A DNA stretch of 64,000 nucleotides, taken from Isurus oxyrinchus. Its lineage: Eukaryota. Position numbers and translations under genes: made by a program. The notes beneath the pieces are model-generated. The model was not told the DNA's origin. It saw only the letters and a list, made by a program, of their open reading frames with translations, and did no database searches. Positions 52,815-64,000 of this stretch are shown here, in pieces. How positions within the stretch are numbered: position 1 is the stretch's first letter; each line of letters starts with the position of its first letter. The DNA lies in contig JANJGN010000002.1 of assembly GCA_026770705.1 (NCBI GenBank), positions 44,268,001 through 44,332,000 on the forward strand. The letters run 5' to 3'.

Positions 52815-53205
52815 CAGTTAAGGGGTGGCATTCTCACATCTGAGTGAGATGATCATGGCTTGGAGCCATATTCCAAAATCTTGAGCACATCCTCTAGGTT
52901 GACACTTAAGTTCAGTACTGTGGGGATACCATCTTTCAGATCGGACATTAAACCAAGGTGCTGTTGGCCTACCCAGGTAAAAGATCCCATGGCACTATTC
53001 AAACAAGAGCAGGGAAGTTCTCCCAATATCACTAAGGTTACCTGGTCGTTTGCCTCATTGCTGCTTGTGTTAAGTTTGCTGTGTGTAAAATTGGCTGCTG
53101 CATTTCCCGGCATTATAGCAGTGACTACACCTTCACGGGTTGTAACGCATTTCAAAATGTTCTGAAGTCATGAAAGGCATTATATTACTGCAAGTTCTTT
53201 CTTAC
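52815..53205 (+). mobile_element. Deu-domain SINE (SacSINE1/AmnSINE1-like)
   Basis: GTAAAAGATCCCATGGCACTATT..AAGAGCAGGGAAGTTCTCCC and AAATTGGCTGCTGCATTTCC..CAGTGACTACAC core; L2-type tail TGAAAGGCATTATAT..TGCAAGTTCTTTC. Confidence 0.8.
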
Positions 53206-53554
53206 CTTTAGAATTCATTAAATTCCAAAGTACACAAATGAATTAACTATGTAGTGAGAATGTATAGTGTCAAACTTATTCGTATAAACCTATTTCCACA
53301 CTGATCAAGTTATGATAACTTATCATGTTGTTTGTTATTGGCCTAACTCCGGTTTCCCTAGTCAAAAGCATTTACAGTATAATTGCTTCAAAAATAGCAC
53401 ACTTTAGAAACATACCATACCAGTAAAATCATAGGAATTATACTTATTTTGACTCATGGGGCACTCAATCATTTTTCTTGTGGAAACACATTACATCACA
53501 CAGACCACTATAAAATTGCTAATCAGTTCCATGTGTTTTCTTCAGCTATTTCAG

Positions 53555-55612
53555 CAATCTTGCAAATGTGACACCCTTGTTCAAAAAGGGGTGCAAGGAT
53601 AAAGCTGGCAATTACAGGCCAGACAGCTTGACCTCAGTGGTAGGGATTCTTCTGGAAACTACAATATGGGAAGAATTTTCCCATTGGCGAGCGGGGGCAG
53701 GGCCTGCTCACCGACGCGCGGTGATGTCGGGCAGGCGTCCTGATGTCACTGTGCGTCATTTAGCTTGTCAGTACGGCGGGCGCGCAGCCACATCAGCTGC
53801 ACGCCCGCCAAACAGTCAAAGGCCTAGTAAGGCCCTTAAGAAAGTAATTAATGTTGTTAAGAACGCTGTCCATCCAACCTTAAGGTTGGTGAGCAGACAA
53901 AGAGCCCAGGCAGCCTTCGCATTTTTCATGAAACTTCAGCCACGGGCAGGATGAGGTTTCATGAAGTGTTTAAAAATGTAATAACAATTTATACTTTTAT
54001 TATTTGACATGTCCCAGCTCATGCGATAGTGTCACATGAGGGGACATGTTTTAAAAGTGTTACAAACCTTCATTTCAAACTTCAGCACTTAAACCTATCT
54101 CCCTGTAGCACCTCTGTGCCTTGGGGAGATCTCTGTGCTCTTTCGCATGCATGCACAAAAGAGCGCAGGGAACCTCTCAGGGAATCCCCCCACCCCCGCC
54201 TGCACAGGGAGCACTCAGTGCTTCCAGGTGTGCATCACACTGGGTGGGCCTTAATTGGCCCACCCACGTAAAATGGCGGCACACACCCATTTGGGGGAAA
54301 ATTCTCTCCTCTGGAATAAAATCAATAGTCATTTAGACAAGTGCAGGATAACTAAAGAATGCCAGCATCAATACATTAAGGGGAAATCATGTTTAATTAA
54401 CCTGCTGGAGTTTTTTCAAGAGGTAACAGAGAAGGTTGATAAGGGAAATGCTGTTGATGTAGTTTACATGGATTTTCAAAAGGCATTTGATACAGTGCCA
54501 CACAACAGACTTGTGAGCAAAATTCTAGGTTATGGAATAAAAGGGAAAGTAGGCATTTGGTTAAGAAATTGGCTGAGTGACAGGAAACAGAGAGTAGTGA
54601 TAAATGCTTTTTTTTCACATTGGATGGAGGTTTGTAGTGGAGTTCCCCAGGGGTTAGATGGGACGCCTGCTCTTCCTGATATATACTAATGTGGTGTGCA
54701 GGACATGATTTCAAGATTTGCAGATGATACAAGGATTGGAAATGTTGTCAACTGTGATGAGAGTAGTCTTGAACTTCAAAAGGACATAGACATGTTGGTG
54801 GGTTAGGCAGACAAGTGGGAGATGAAGTTCATGCAGAGAAGTGTGTGGTGGTTTATTTTGGCAGGAAAATATGATGAGACAGTATAAAATAAAGGGAGAG
54901 TCTCTAAAGGAGGTGCAGGAACAAAGGGACCTCAGTGTATAAGTACATAGGTCAATGAAGATGGCAGGGCATATTGAGAGAGCAATTAATAAAGTACATA
55001 GTTTCTTGGGCTTTATTAATAGAGGCATTGAGTACAAGAGTAAGGAAGTCATATTGAACTTGCATAAGACATTGGTTAGGCCTCATCTTGAGTACTGCGT
55101 CCCGTTCTGGGCACCATACTTGAGGAAGGATGTGAACGCATTGGGGAGAGTACAGAGGAGATTCACAAGAATGCCCGTGATGAAGAACTGTAGCTATAAG
55201 GATAAGTTGGAGTGGTTGGGACTCTTTTCCTTGAAGAAAAGAAGGCTAAGAGGAGACTTGATGGAGGTATTCAAGATCCTGAGGGTATAGACAGGGTGAA
55301 TAGAATACTGTTTCCACTCAAGAGAACATCAAGAACTAAAGGGCACAGATTCAAAATAATTGGCAAAAGGAGTAAATGTGACGTGAGGAAAAGGTTTTCA
55401 CCCAGAGAATGGTTGGAGTCTGGAACAAACTTCCTGAAAGGGTGGTGGAGGCAGGTTCGATTGAGGTATTCAAAAGGGTATTGGATTGCTACCTGAAAAT
55501 GTGCAAGGTTATGGGGATAAGGCATGGGAGTGGGATTAGGTGGAATGCTCTTTCAGAGAGCCAGGGCAGACTCGATGGGCCAAATGGTTTCCTTCTGCAC
55601 TGTAGAGATATG
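53555..55612 (+). mobile_element. CR1 LINE, 5'-truncated, frameshifted
   Basis: VTPLFKKG..KAGNYRP.SLTSVVG; KGKSCLINLLEFFQEVT..VDVVYMDFQKAFDTVPH; FADD; GIEYKSKEVILNLHKTLVRPHLEYCV. Confidence 0.95.
53668..54310. mobile_element. Harbinger-type MITE, multi-hairpin family, inserted in CR1
   Basis: TIRs GGGAAGAATTTTCCC / GGGAAAATTCTCTCC; the CR1 peptide is interrupted between LETTI and WNKINSHL. Confidence 0.85.
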
Positions 55613-56066
55613 TGATATATTTTAACCCATTTTAAAATCAAAAAAGTTCCAACATCATTAAATAGGTGCTGGCTATTGCTTGGAACCACATTGTTTCTGT
55701 AAACCACAAACCAGAGTGTGAAAATAAATCAAGCAAACAACAGTAACACTTTATCGACAAAAGCCAGACGATGCAACTGCACAAACACCAGTCAAGATGT
55801 ACTGTCATTACAATGATTCACACCTGGTTTTATTGTATAATCTAGCAAGCAAGGTAAAAGCTTCAAGAAAAATTTGAGGAATGAACATCCAACTATATAA
55901 TGTTTGATCACTTTTAGAGAAAAAAGAAATTTGATCTTGGGAAAGGCAATAATAACTGAAGTGAGAGTCATATTCTGCAAATTGAGAACAGCTGATTATC
56001 ATTCTAATCTGCAGAATCTGTACAGGTGCAATGAAGAGTAACAGGATGAAGTGAAGGGGGTTTGTA

Positions 56067-56157
56067 ACTCTTTCGAGCACAAACACGTTTCCATCTGTTC
56101 CTATTCAGATGAAGTTACATTGTTTCATAGTTTGCCATTGAGATTTGAACTCTTGAT
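56067..56157 (-). mobile_element. 3' portion of the tRNA-derived SINE-like element (Tx1 target)
   Basis: ACTCTTTCGAGCACAAACACGTTTCCATCTG..GAGATTTGAACTCTTGAT is the reverse complement of the 21137 unit tail; preceded by TGAAGGGGGTTTGTA (56052-56066). Confidence 0.85.
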
Positions 56158-56274
56158 AATCTTTTAAATGAAAACAATTAAACCAAATCAACAAAATTGG
56201 GATAAATCAGGCACAGCCCCTAATTCCGGTCAACTATAAAACCAAGGACAAAATTTAAAGGAACCTTACAAACT

Positions 56275-59200
56275 TTAAATCAAAATGTGATTAAAGGGGT
56301 CAACAAAACACCCCAGTCCATGCGGTGGCCACCGAGCACGGAAGGCCTCGAGCGTGTCAGCAGACACCGCGTGCTCCTTCTCCAGGGACATCCGGCAGCG
56401 AACGTAGCCGCGGAAGAGGTACAATCGGGCGGGACTCCCCCGTCGATCGCCCGCTGCCTGGACCTGTTAATGGCCAACTTGGCCAGGCCCAGGAGCAGGT
56501 TCACGAGGAGGTCCTCCTCCTTCCCGACCCCATTCCGCACCGGGTGCCCATAGATCAGGAGCGTGGGGCTGAAGTGCAAGCAAAACATCAATAAAAGGTT
56601 TTTCAAATAACTAAAAAGGGGAGTGCAGCCTACAACACCCTATATATACATGGTCCACGGACTCCACAAGACCGCAAAAAGGGCACGTGTCCTGAGAGTC
56701 CGTGAACCTATGCATCCTCTTATTATACGGGACTGCTGCATGCAACACCCTCCAACCCAGGTCCCCGATAGAAAGGGGGAGGACACCTCCGTAGAGGGCC
56801 TCCCATTGGGGCCTCCGCCGCCGGACGGCAACAAGGCACGCCAGGGCGTGTCCGGGCGGTGGACAAGGGCGAGAAAATGGAAGGTGTGCAGCAGCAGTCC
56901 ATACAAAAAGCCCCTCTTTGCCGTGCCAAAAGGCACAGAGGGCATGTCCCCGAGGCGGCTCATATTGCGGGGCATCAGCACCCGAGGGAGGGTTCGGGGC
57001 TTGGGGCCAATGTGAAATTCTGTCCGAACAGGGGAACGTTCAGACGGAAGACCACCGTGCACCTGGGCCACCTCAAGACCTAAAATTACATTGGGTCCGA
57101 GCACGACTGTCCTTAGGTCTTGGATGGCATCGGCTGCGACCTGGACACTCACAGACGCACGACACGCCAACTCCTGCGGGAGCATCCAGCCCAGTCCTCC
57201 ACCACCCAGCACGTCCCCGATCCTGGTCACCCCTGCAGCCACAGCCCTCCTCTCCGCCAACCACTGAAAAGGACGGAGGGGTGGATTCCTGAGCAGCGGC
57301 TCTCTGACGATAGCCGCTACTCCTGACGGGGGAGAGCTGCGTCGCGAGGCGACCACTTTCCAGACTTTGATCAGGTCCTGGTAAAAGACGGGCAACGCCT
57401 GCAAGGAGCCACCGAGGCCCATCTGTTCTATAAACAGGGGCTGCACGTCATAATTCAGACCGTGCACCTGATGGAAGAAATATGTCATCAGAGCACACCA
57501 TCTAGGAGGAGGCTCGACGTAGAGGTATTGCTGCAGGGTCTGAAGGCGGAAAGTCTCCACCTGTGTGCGTAGGCACACTAGCGCCTGACCACCCTCCCTA
57601 AGCGGGAGACTCAGAACCTCGGCAGCGACCCAGTGCAATCTTTTGTCCCAGAAGAAGTCGACTAACAATCTCTGGATTCTTGGGACAAAGTCCGGGGGAG
57701 GGGTGAAAGTGACCAGCCGATACCACAACATGGCGGCGATCAGCTTGTTTATGACCAGAACTCAACCTCGGTAAGATAGCACTCGGAGCAGTCCTGTCCA
57801 GCGCCGCAGGCGAGCGGTGACTTTCGTCTCCAGTTCCTGCCAGTTTGCCGACCAGGATTCCTCAGCAGGGCAGAGATGGACCCCCAGGTAGAGGAGGCTG
57901 GTCCTGCTCCAGGTGAAAGGCCTGAGCTCCTCGGGTAGGGGATCCATCTGCCACTGACCGACCAGGAGTCCAGAACATTTCTCCCAGTTGATCCTGGCAG
58001 AAGAAGCGGCAGAGTAGACCTCCTGGCACTCGCACATCCTCCGCAGGTCAGCCGGGTCACTAAACATAAGGATCACGCCTGGCCCGCGCAGAACCAATCC
58101 CGACAACCTCCTCCGCAAGAGGCGCAGGAAAGGCTCCACGCAAATAGAATACAACTGGCCAGACAGGGGGCAGCCCTGACGTACCCCTCTCCCAAAGCGA
58201 AGGGGCGCCGTCAGGGACCCGTTAACCTTTACTAGACACTCCGCGGCAGTGTACAGAAGTCGGATCCGGGCGACAAAATGCGTCCCAAACCCGAACGCTT
58301 GCAGAGTTCCAAGTAAGTATCCGTGATCCACCCTGTCGAACGCCTTCTCCTGATCGAGAGACAGGAAGGCGCTCGACAGACCAGCCCTCTGGGAATGGTG
58401 GATGATGTCCCGGACCAGATGGATGTTATCGTAAATGGTTCGGTCCAGGACGGTTTAGGACTGGTCAGGGTGGATCATGTGGTCCAGCACGGTGCCGAGC
58501 CGAGAAGACATGGCTCGGGCGAAGATTTTGCTGAGGAGGGAGACCAGGCACCAGTTTTTCAGAAGGCGGAGATCCCCCTTCTTTGGCAGCAGGGCAATCA
58601 CGGCCCTGCGCCATGAAAGGGGCATCTCCCCGGTAGCAATGCTCTCCCCCAGGACCCCCGTGAAGTCGCTCCCTAAGACGTCCCAGAACGCCCTGAAGAA
58701 CTCCACAGTCAGCCCGTCTAGTCCCGGGGTTTTGCCCCTAGAAAGACCGTCGAGTGCGCCGGTCAGCTCCCCCAGACTTATAGGGGAGTCAAGCTTTCCG
58801 GCGCACTCCAGGCCGACCTGCGCAGGTCCTCCCACAAAACTCTGCAAGCTTCCTCACTGGACGGATCCGGAGACAACAGGGCAGTGTAATAATCTCGGGC
58901 GATGGCCCTGATGCCCTCCTGGTCCGAGACAAGGGATCCATCGTCGGCCAGCAGCGTAAGGAGCTGCTTACGGACTCCGTGCCTTTTTCCCAGCGAGTAG
59001 AAGAAGGGGGAGCCGCGGTCCATCTCCTTAAGGAAACAGATCCGCGACCTCACGAACGCGCCCCAAGACCCGACCAGTTGCAGGTCCCGCAGCGCGCCCT
59101 TCTTCTCATCGTACACCGACCGCAGGGCCGGGTCCTCGTCGGGCTGACAGAGATGTGCCTCCAGGTCGAGCACCTCCTTCTCCAACTCCTCGACCCTGGA

Positions 59201-60127
59201 TTTGCATCTCTTTGTCGACCCCTTCGCGTACTCTTGACAGAAAACTCGGACATGAGTCTTGCCCACGTCCCACCATAGCCTCAAGGAGGGGAAGCCTCCC
59301 CGCTTCCTTCTCCAGCCGGCCCAGAAGCGACGGAACGAGTCCAGGAACCGCTGGTCTTCCAACAACAGGTTATTAAAATGCCAGTATGCAGACCCCGTCC
59401 GAGCACAGAACGAAGTGAGCTCCGCCCACACCAGACGGTGGTCCACGCACGGGACCTGCTATATAGAAGCAGCCGGAACGCAGGACACGTACGCCTTTGA
59501 AACGTAAAGGCGGTCGAGTCTGGACGCTCCGACTCCAGGTGACACAAAGGTGAACACGCTGGAGTCAGGATGGAGATTTCGCCAGACGTCCACCAAGTCG
59601 AAGGACCTGACCAGGTCAGGCAACTTACTCACACCTCGCGTGCAATGCTGGATACCGTGACGGTCCCGGACCCCGAGGGTGCAATTGAAATCTCCCCCCG
59701 AGGACGACGCACTCGCCAGCGTCGATGGAGCCGAGATGAGTGGACACTTCTTCAAAGAAGCTCGCTTGCTGCTGCGTGCCCAGGGGAGCGTATACATTCA
59801 CAAAGTGAAGCACCGCGCCCCCCCCCCCCCCAGACGCACAGTCAGGTGCAGCAACCGGCCTGGCACCGGCTCCTTGACCCCCAAGATCTCCGGCTGAAAA
59901 TGCGGGGCCAACAAGATAGCCACCCCGCCAGAATTGGAGGCTAGGTGACTCATGTAGACCCCCCCTCGCCACTCCAGGAGCCACGTGGCTTCGTCTCCCG
60001 GAACGGTATGGGTTTCTTGCAGGAAGCACAACGCATACTTCCCATCCCTGAGGACCAAGAAGTTCTGGAACCTGCGCTGTGCGCCCCTGCTGCCGTGGAT
60101 GTTGAGGCTGGCTATAGTCGTCTTCAT
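56275..60127 (-). pseudogene. Tx1 ORF2 (APE endonuclease, reverse transcriptase, C-terminal CCHC), disrupted
   Basis: MKTTIASLNIHG, FLQETH, GGDFNC, SRLDRLYVS, DHRLV (endonuclease); KTPGLDGLTVEFF, GVRQGCPLSGQLY (RT); CPFCGLVESVDHVYIGC. Several frameshifts and a stop; YADD segment absent. Confidence 0.93.
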
Positions 60128-60179
60128 TGTCAAAGGTACATCAAACCTTCACCGTAAGTAATTAAAAAAAGAGGACTTT

Positions 60180-62311
60180 TTAGTCCTTCCTCTCCTTCAG
60201 GAGCCCAGCGAGAAACGTTTGGACCCTCCGCCGCGCATTCCTATCCAACTCGGGAGACTTGAGAGCCTCGCGAGTGGACCAGAACACCAGCGGAAACAAA
60301 TGCCACCGGTCCAAGGCCAACTGAACCCTGTCTCGGCGACCGCGGTGCCCCGACAAAAAGTCCAGGAGTTCCCTTGGGGGGATGAGGGGGGAGTCAGTGG
60401 AGGGCACCAGGGGACCACCGCCTCGCTTGAGAGCGACTCTGCGTAATCCCCAACGCTCACCACCGACACCCCCGTCCTCCGGGTCGTTGCCTCCAGCTTC
60501 CGACCCCTCCCCCGCATTGAGTACGGGGGCTGATTCGGAGCTGCCAGCTGGCTCTGTCTGTGCCTCGATCCCACCCCCAGGATCAAGGCCAGAGGAGTCC
60601 TCTCTGGTCTCCACTAAACTTCTTGGGCCAGAGGGCAGCGGCAGTTCTGATGCCCGCTCTCCTCCCGGCACCGGGTCGTCCGGGGAGCTCAGGACAAGCT
60701 CCTGACCTAAACATAGGACGCCCGGTGTCAAGGTTTGGGAGGGAGCGGGAAGGCCCTCCTTTTCGCTGCCACCCAATGACCCATTTATATTTTTTAGATT
60801 TTGAAAGCTGCAGTCCTCCGACGAGCCAGAAGGTACCTCGGGGGTATTGAGTGTGTCGGAGTCGGGCACCACCTCAAGGGAGGTGCCCTCAGTGACCCCC
60901 GAGGGGCCCTGTTCAGGGGACTGCAGCAGGTTGATGGGGGGAACAGTGTTTGGTGTGGGGGTAGGGGTTATGGATTCCCCCAGAGGACAGGGCGAGGTTT
61001 TATTTGGTGGAGACGCCACCACCTCTTCATCGGGGGAAGGGACACACCCAACTTCTTCAGTTTGGGCATCGTCCACTTCCTCCTCCGAAGCGTGACGTCT
61101 CTTCCGGGTCAGGCTGGGGGCTAGGGAGACCTCCATTTCTGAGGCCCCCTCCTCCTTGTCCAGCCCTCCCGGACACTCCACCCTCTGGGGTTTCGATTTT
61201 TGTTTCCCCGGCTCAGGGTCCCGCGTCTTTTCCCCGCCGGCCCTGGGAACACGCGCAGGGACGACGCTGGGCCCAGCACACGGCGCCTTAGCGCCCACGG
61301 ACCCGGGAGCACACGCGGACACGACGCCGGGGCTGGATGATGTTTTGTCCCCCGAGCTGGTTTTTCCAGGTGTTTGGGGGGTTTGGGGGGTTTCAGGGGC
61401 CGCCTCCAGGTTGCGGGTCTTCCTCCGCACCTTCTTATGGTGCGGGGGCTCTCCCTCCGCCTCACCGGCAGCCGAGATGGCAGTGGCTGCCGGCATCGCC
61501 TCCCCTTGCGGGGAGGGAGATGGAGTGGTGGCGGGGGGAGGGGGGGGGCGGTGCCAGCCGCGACCGCTTGGGTGGGGCTCGTGGCCTTGGAGGCGGGGCA
61601 GTTCTTCCTCACGTGCCCCGCCTCCTTACAAGCATGGCACCGCACACCCTCCGCGGTCCAGAAGACCCGATAGGCGGTCCCCTCAAAATTGATAGTGAAG
61701 GCCCCCTCCAGGCACTCCTCCCGGGCCAAGCGGACAAATACCTGGTGCCGGAAGGAGTACACATGGCGAAGGGCCGAGTCTTTGAGGCTGAGCGGGACTG
61801 GCACAACCCCCGACCCGACCTCCCCCAGTTTATTAAGGTGGGGGAGGAGGAGCTCACTGGATAGGAAGGGCTGGACATTTGATATGATAATTCTCTGGGC
61901 GGTGGCCTCAAGGGGATCCACTGCCAGAAAAGTCCCGCCCACAGTGAGTCCTTTTTGCAGGGCGAGGTGCACCGCCTGCTCGGACCTCAAGAAGAATATG
62001 GCCTTCCCATACATTTTAGAGGCCGCAACAATGGCTGAGGGGCCGACGACCCTAGCCATAGCCTTAACGCAGGCCTCTATTGTCATTTCAGGGTGAGTAT
62101 AGCTCTTTACCCCGAGGGCCCTGGTGAGGAGACGGAAAGGCGACAGGGCAGCGGGAGCAGCAGAAGCAGCCACCCCCGCATAGGTTTTCTTTTGAGGCCC
62201 TGTCACTGGTGACAAAACTGCCTTCACATTAGCCCTCAAGGGCCCGGCCACAGGCGATGGTGAATTGGCCTTAGGGCCAGAGCCACACCCACCCTGGGAA
62301 GGATTGGCCAT
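60180..62311 (-). pseudogene. Tx1 ORF1 (gag-like nucleic-acid-binding protein, CCHC zinc knuckle), one apparent frameshift
   Basis: MANPSQ..AASKMYGKAIFFL..RIIISNV..HVYSFRHQVFV..CHACKEAGHVRKNC; frame changes near the G-run at 61530-61548 into the Pro/Ser/Glu-rich ORF 60180-61496. Confidence 0.9.
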
Positions 62312-63035
62312 CTTTTAATTTTTCAAAAAAAAATATATATATATTATATTTTTTTTTTATTATATATTTCCTCCCTAGGGAGGGGAGGGGGGGGAGAAAG
62401 GTTGGAATAACTTCCCCTCTTTTACACAGGAGAGGAGAGGAGGGAGAGGAGTAAAGGACAGGGAGGCACAGGAGGGAAAGAGGAAAAAGTCCAGGTGGGT
62501 GTCTCTGATGTTAAATGGATGGTGGGTGGGGGCCTGATGGTCTTCAGGCAGGGGGAGGCAATGTCTTCACCAGCTACTGCTGGTCTTACCGGGAAAGGGC
62601 TGGGTGGGGGAAGGGTGGCAGAAAGATGGTTTCACCACACACACACCCCCCCTCTCTTCCTTTCCCAACCCCTCTGGCAGTCTTCTTGCCTCCCCCTACA
62701 AAACACAGTCCTTAATTGCCCCCACCTTAACAAAAATACACAGTTTTAGACACCCACCTAGGATGTTTTTTTTTCACAGTCCTGGCCTCCTGGCCTTCCT
62801 GTCCTGCAGCAGCAACAGAAGCTGTTCTTCTTCTCTCCCTCTCTCTCCTTATGCTCCACAGGGGCAGGGGCAGCAGCAGCACACAGCAGAAGCAACCCCA
62901 AAAGCAGCAGCAGAAACAGTTGAAACACTGAGGAGCAGCAACACCAACAGCCCACACCTTCTCTCCTCAATATCAGGGAACAAACTGAATCCACAGTTGC
63001 CTCCATGAGATCGTTAAGAAGATGAACTCTTGATA

Positions 63036-63740
63036 CTCTTTCGAGCACAAACCCGTTTCCATCTGTTTCAGATGAAGTTACATCGTTTTTGCCATTGTGA
63101 GATTTGAACTCTTGATCTAGGGGTTACAAACCCAGTACCATAACCACTTGGCTATTTAGGCCAAGCTAAAAGTAACTCTTTTGAGTACAAATATGTTTCC
63201 ATCTGTTTCAGATGAAGTTACATTGTTTCAGAGTTTGCCATTGTGAGATTTGAACTCTTGATACTCTTTCGAGTACAAACCCGTTTCCATCTGTCTCAGA
63301 TGAAGTTACATTGTTTCATAGTTTTGCCATTGTGAGATTTGAACTCTTGATCTTGGGGTTACAAACCCAGTACCATAACCACTTGGCTATTTAGGCCAAG
63401 CTGAAGGGGGTTTGTACTGAGCCAGCTGACCGATGATACTCTTTCGAGCACAAACCCATTTCCATCTGTTTCAGATGAAGTTACATTGTTTCATAGTTTG
63501 CCATTGTGAGATTTGAACTCTTGATCTTGGGGTTACAAACCCAGTACCATAACCACTTGGCTATTTAGGCCAAGTAAAGAATTGCTGGGTTATTGTAACT
63601 CTTTCAAGTACAAACACGTTTCCATCTGTTCCTATTCAGATGAAGTTACATTGTTTCATAGTTTACCATTGTGAGATTTGAACTCTTAATCTTGGGGTTA
63701 CAAACCCAGTACCATAACCACTTGGCTATTTAGGGCAAGC
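63036..63740 (-). repeat. Array of five tRNA-derived SINE-like units
   Basis: Units 63036-63166, 63175-63262 (partial), 63263-63401, 63438-63574 and 63598-63740; spacer TGAAGGGGGTTTGTACTGAGCCAGCTGACCGATGATA at 63402 and again (one mismatch) at 63741. Confidence 0.9.
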
Positions 63741-64000
63741 TGAAAGGGGTTTGTACTGAGCCAGCTGACCGATGATAGTGAATTAGATTCAATTAGCTTC
63801 AATTTCCCCATACTAGTGAGGTTCAAAAAGTAAGAATTTCAATTATTGAATTATTGATTACTAGTCAGTAGTTCCTGTGCTCAGTTGTGATACCTTGGCA
63901 TCAATCTGCCTGCCAACAATTCCCATGTGAGCTCAAACATGAAAAATTACAACAGGGATACTATGGTACCCCCAGTGCCTGTGGCACCCCACATGCCCGT

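Larger units (their letters stand above)
56159..63022 (-). mobile_element. Full-length Tx1-clade non-LTR retrotransposon, inactivated
   Basis: ~700-bp 5' UTR, ORF1, ORF2 and short 3' UTR; 13-bp TSD TGAACTCTTGATA at 56146-56158 and 63023-63035; high GC and CpG relative to flanks. Confidence 0.95.

Noticed and set aside
56287-62096. Many plus-strand ORFs
   Set aside because: Antisense shadows of GC-rich Tx1 ORF1/ORF2.
63036-63777. CRISPR-like look (repeats with short variable spacers)
   Set aside because: Repeats are ~138 bp with Pol III boxes, spacers are target duplications, there are no cas genes, and the context is eukaryotic.

Overview
Eukaryotic, gene-poor and repeat-rich DNA. The repeat mix (CR1, L2, Tx1, Penelope-like elements, Deu-domain SINE, PIF/Harbinger derivatives) suggests a cartilaginous fish; this is an inference. 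No host protein-coding gene could be identified, and most ORFs in the track are by-products of repeats. Main structures: (1) a full-length but inactivated ~6.9 kb Tx1-clade non-LTR retrotransposon (56159-63022, minus strand, 13-bp TSD) inserted at the box-B region of a short tRNA-derived element that piles up in nested/tandem arrays; (2) a ~5.4 kb tandem duplication (9330-14729 / 14736-20061) with patchy divergence; (3) a near-perfect 624-bp inverted duplication with a small hairpin at one breakpoint (21833-23325); (4) an inverted Penelope-like insertion with TSD, plus several minimal hammerhead ribozyme motifs; (5) a Harbinger-type MITE family carrying four conserved internal hairpins; (6) one or two orphan exon candidates near 51.3-52.0 kb. 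Coordinates and mismatch counts were read by eye; boundaries of old repeats are approximate.
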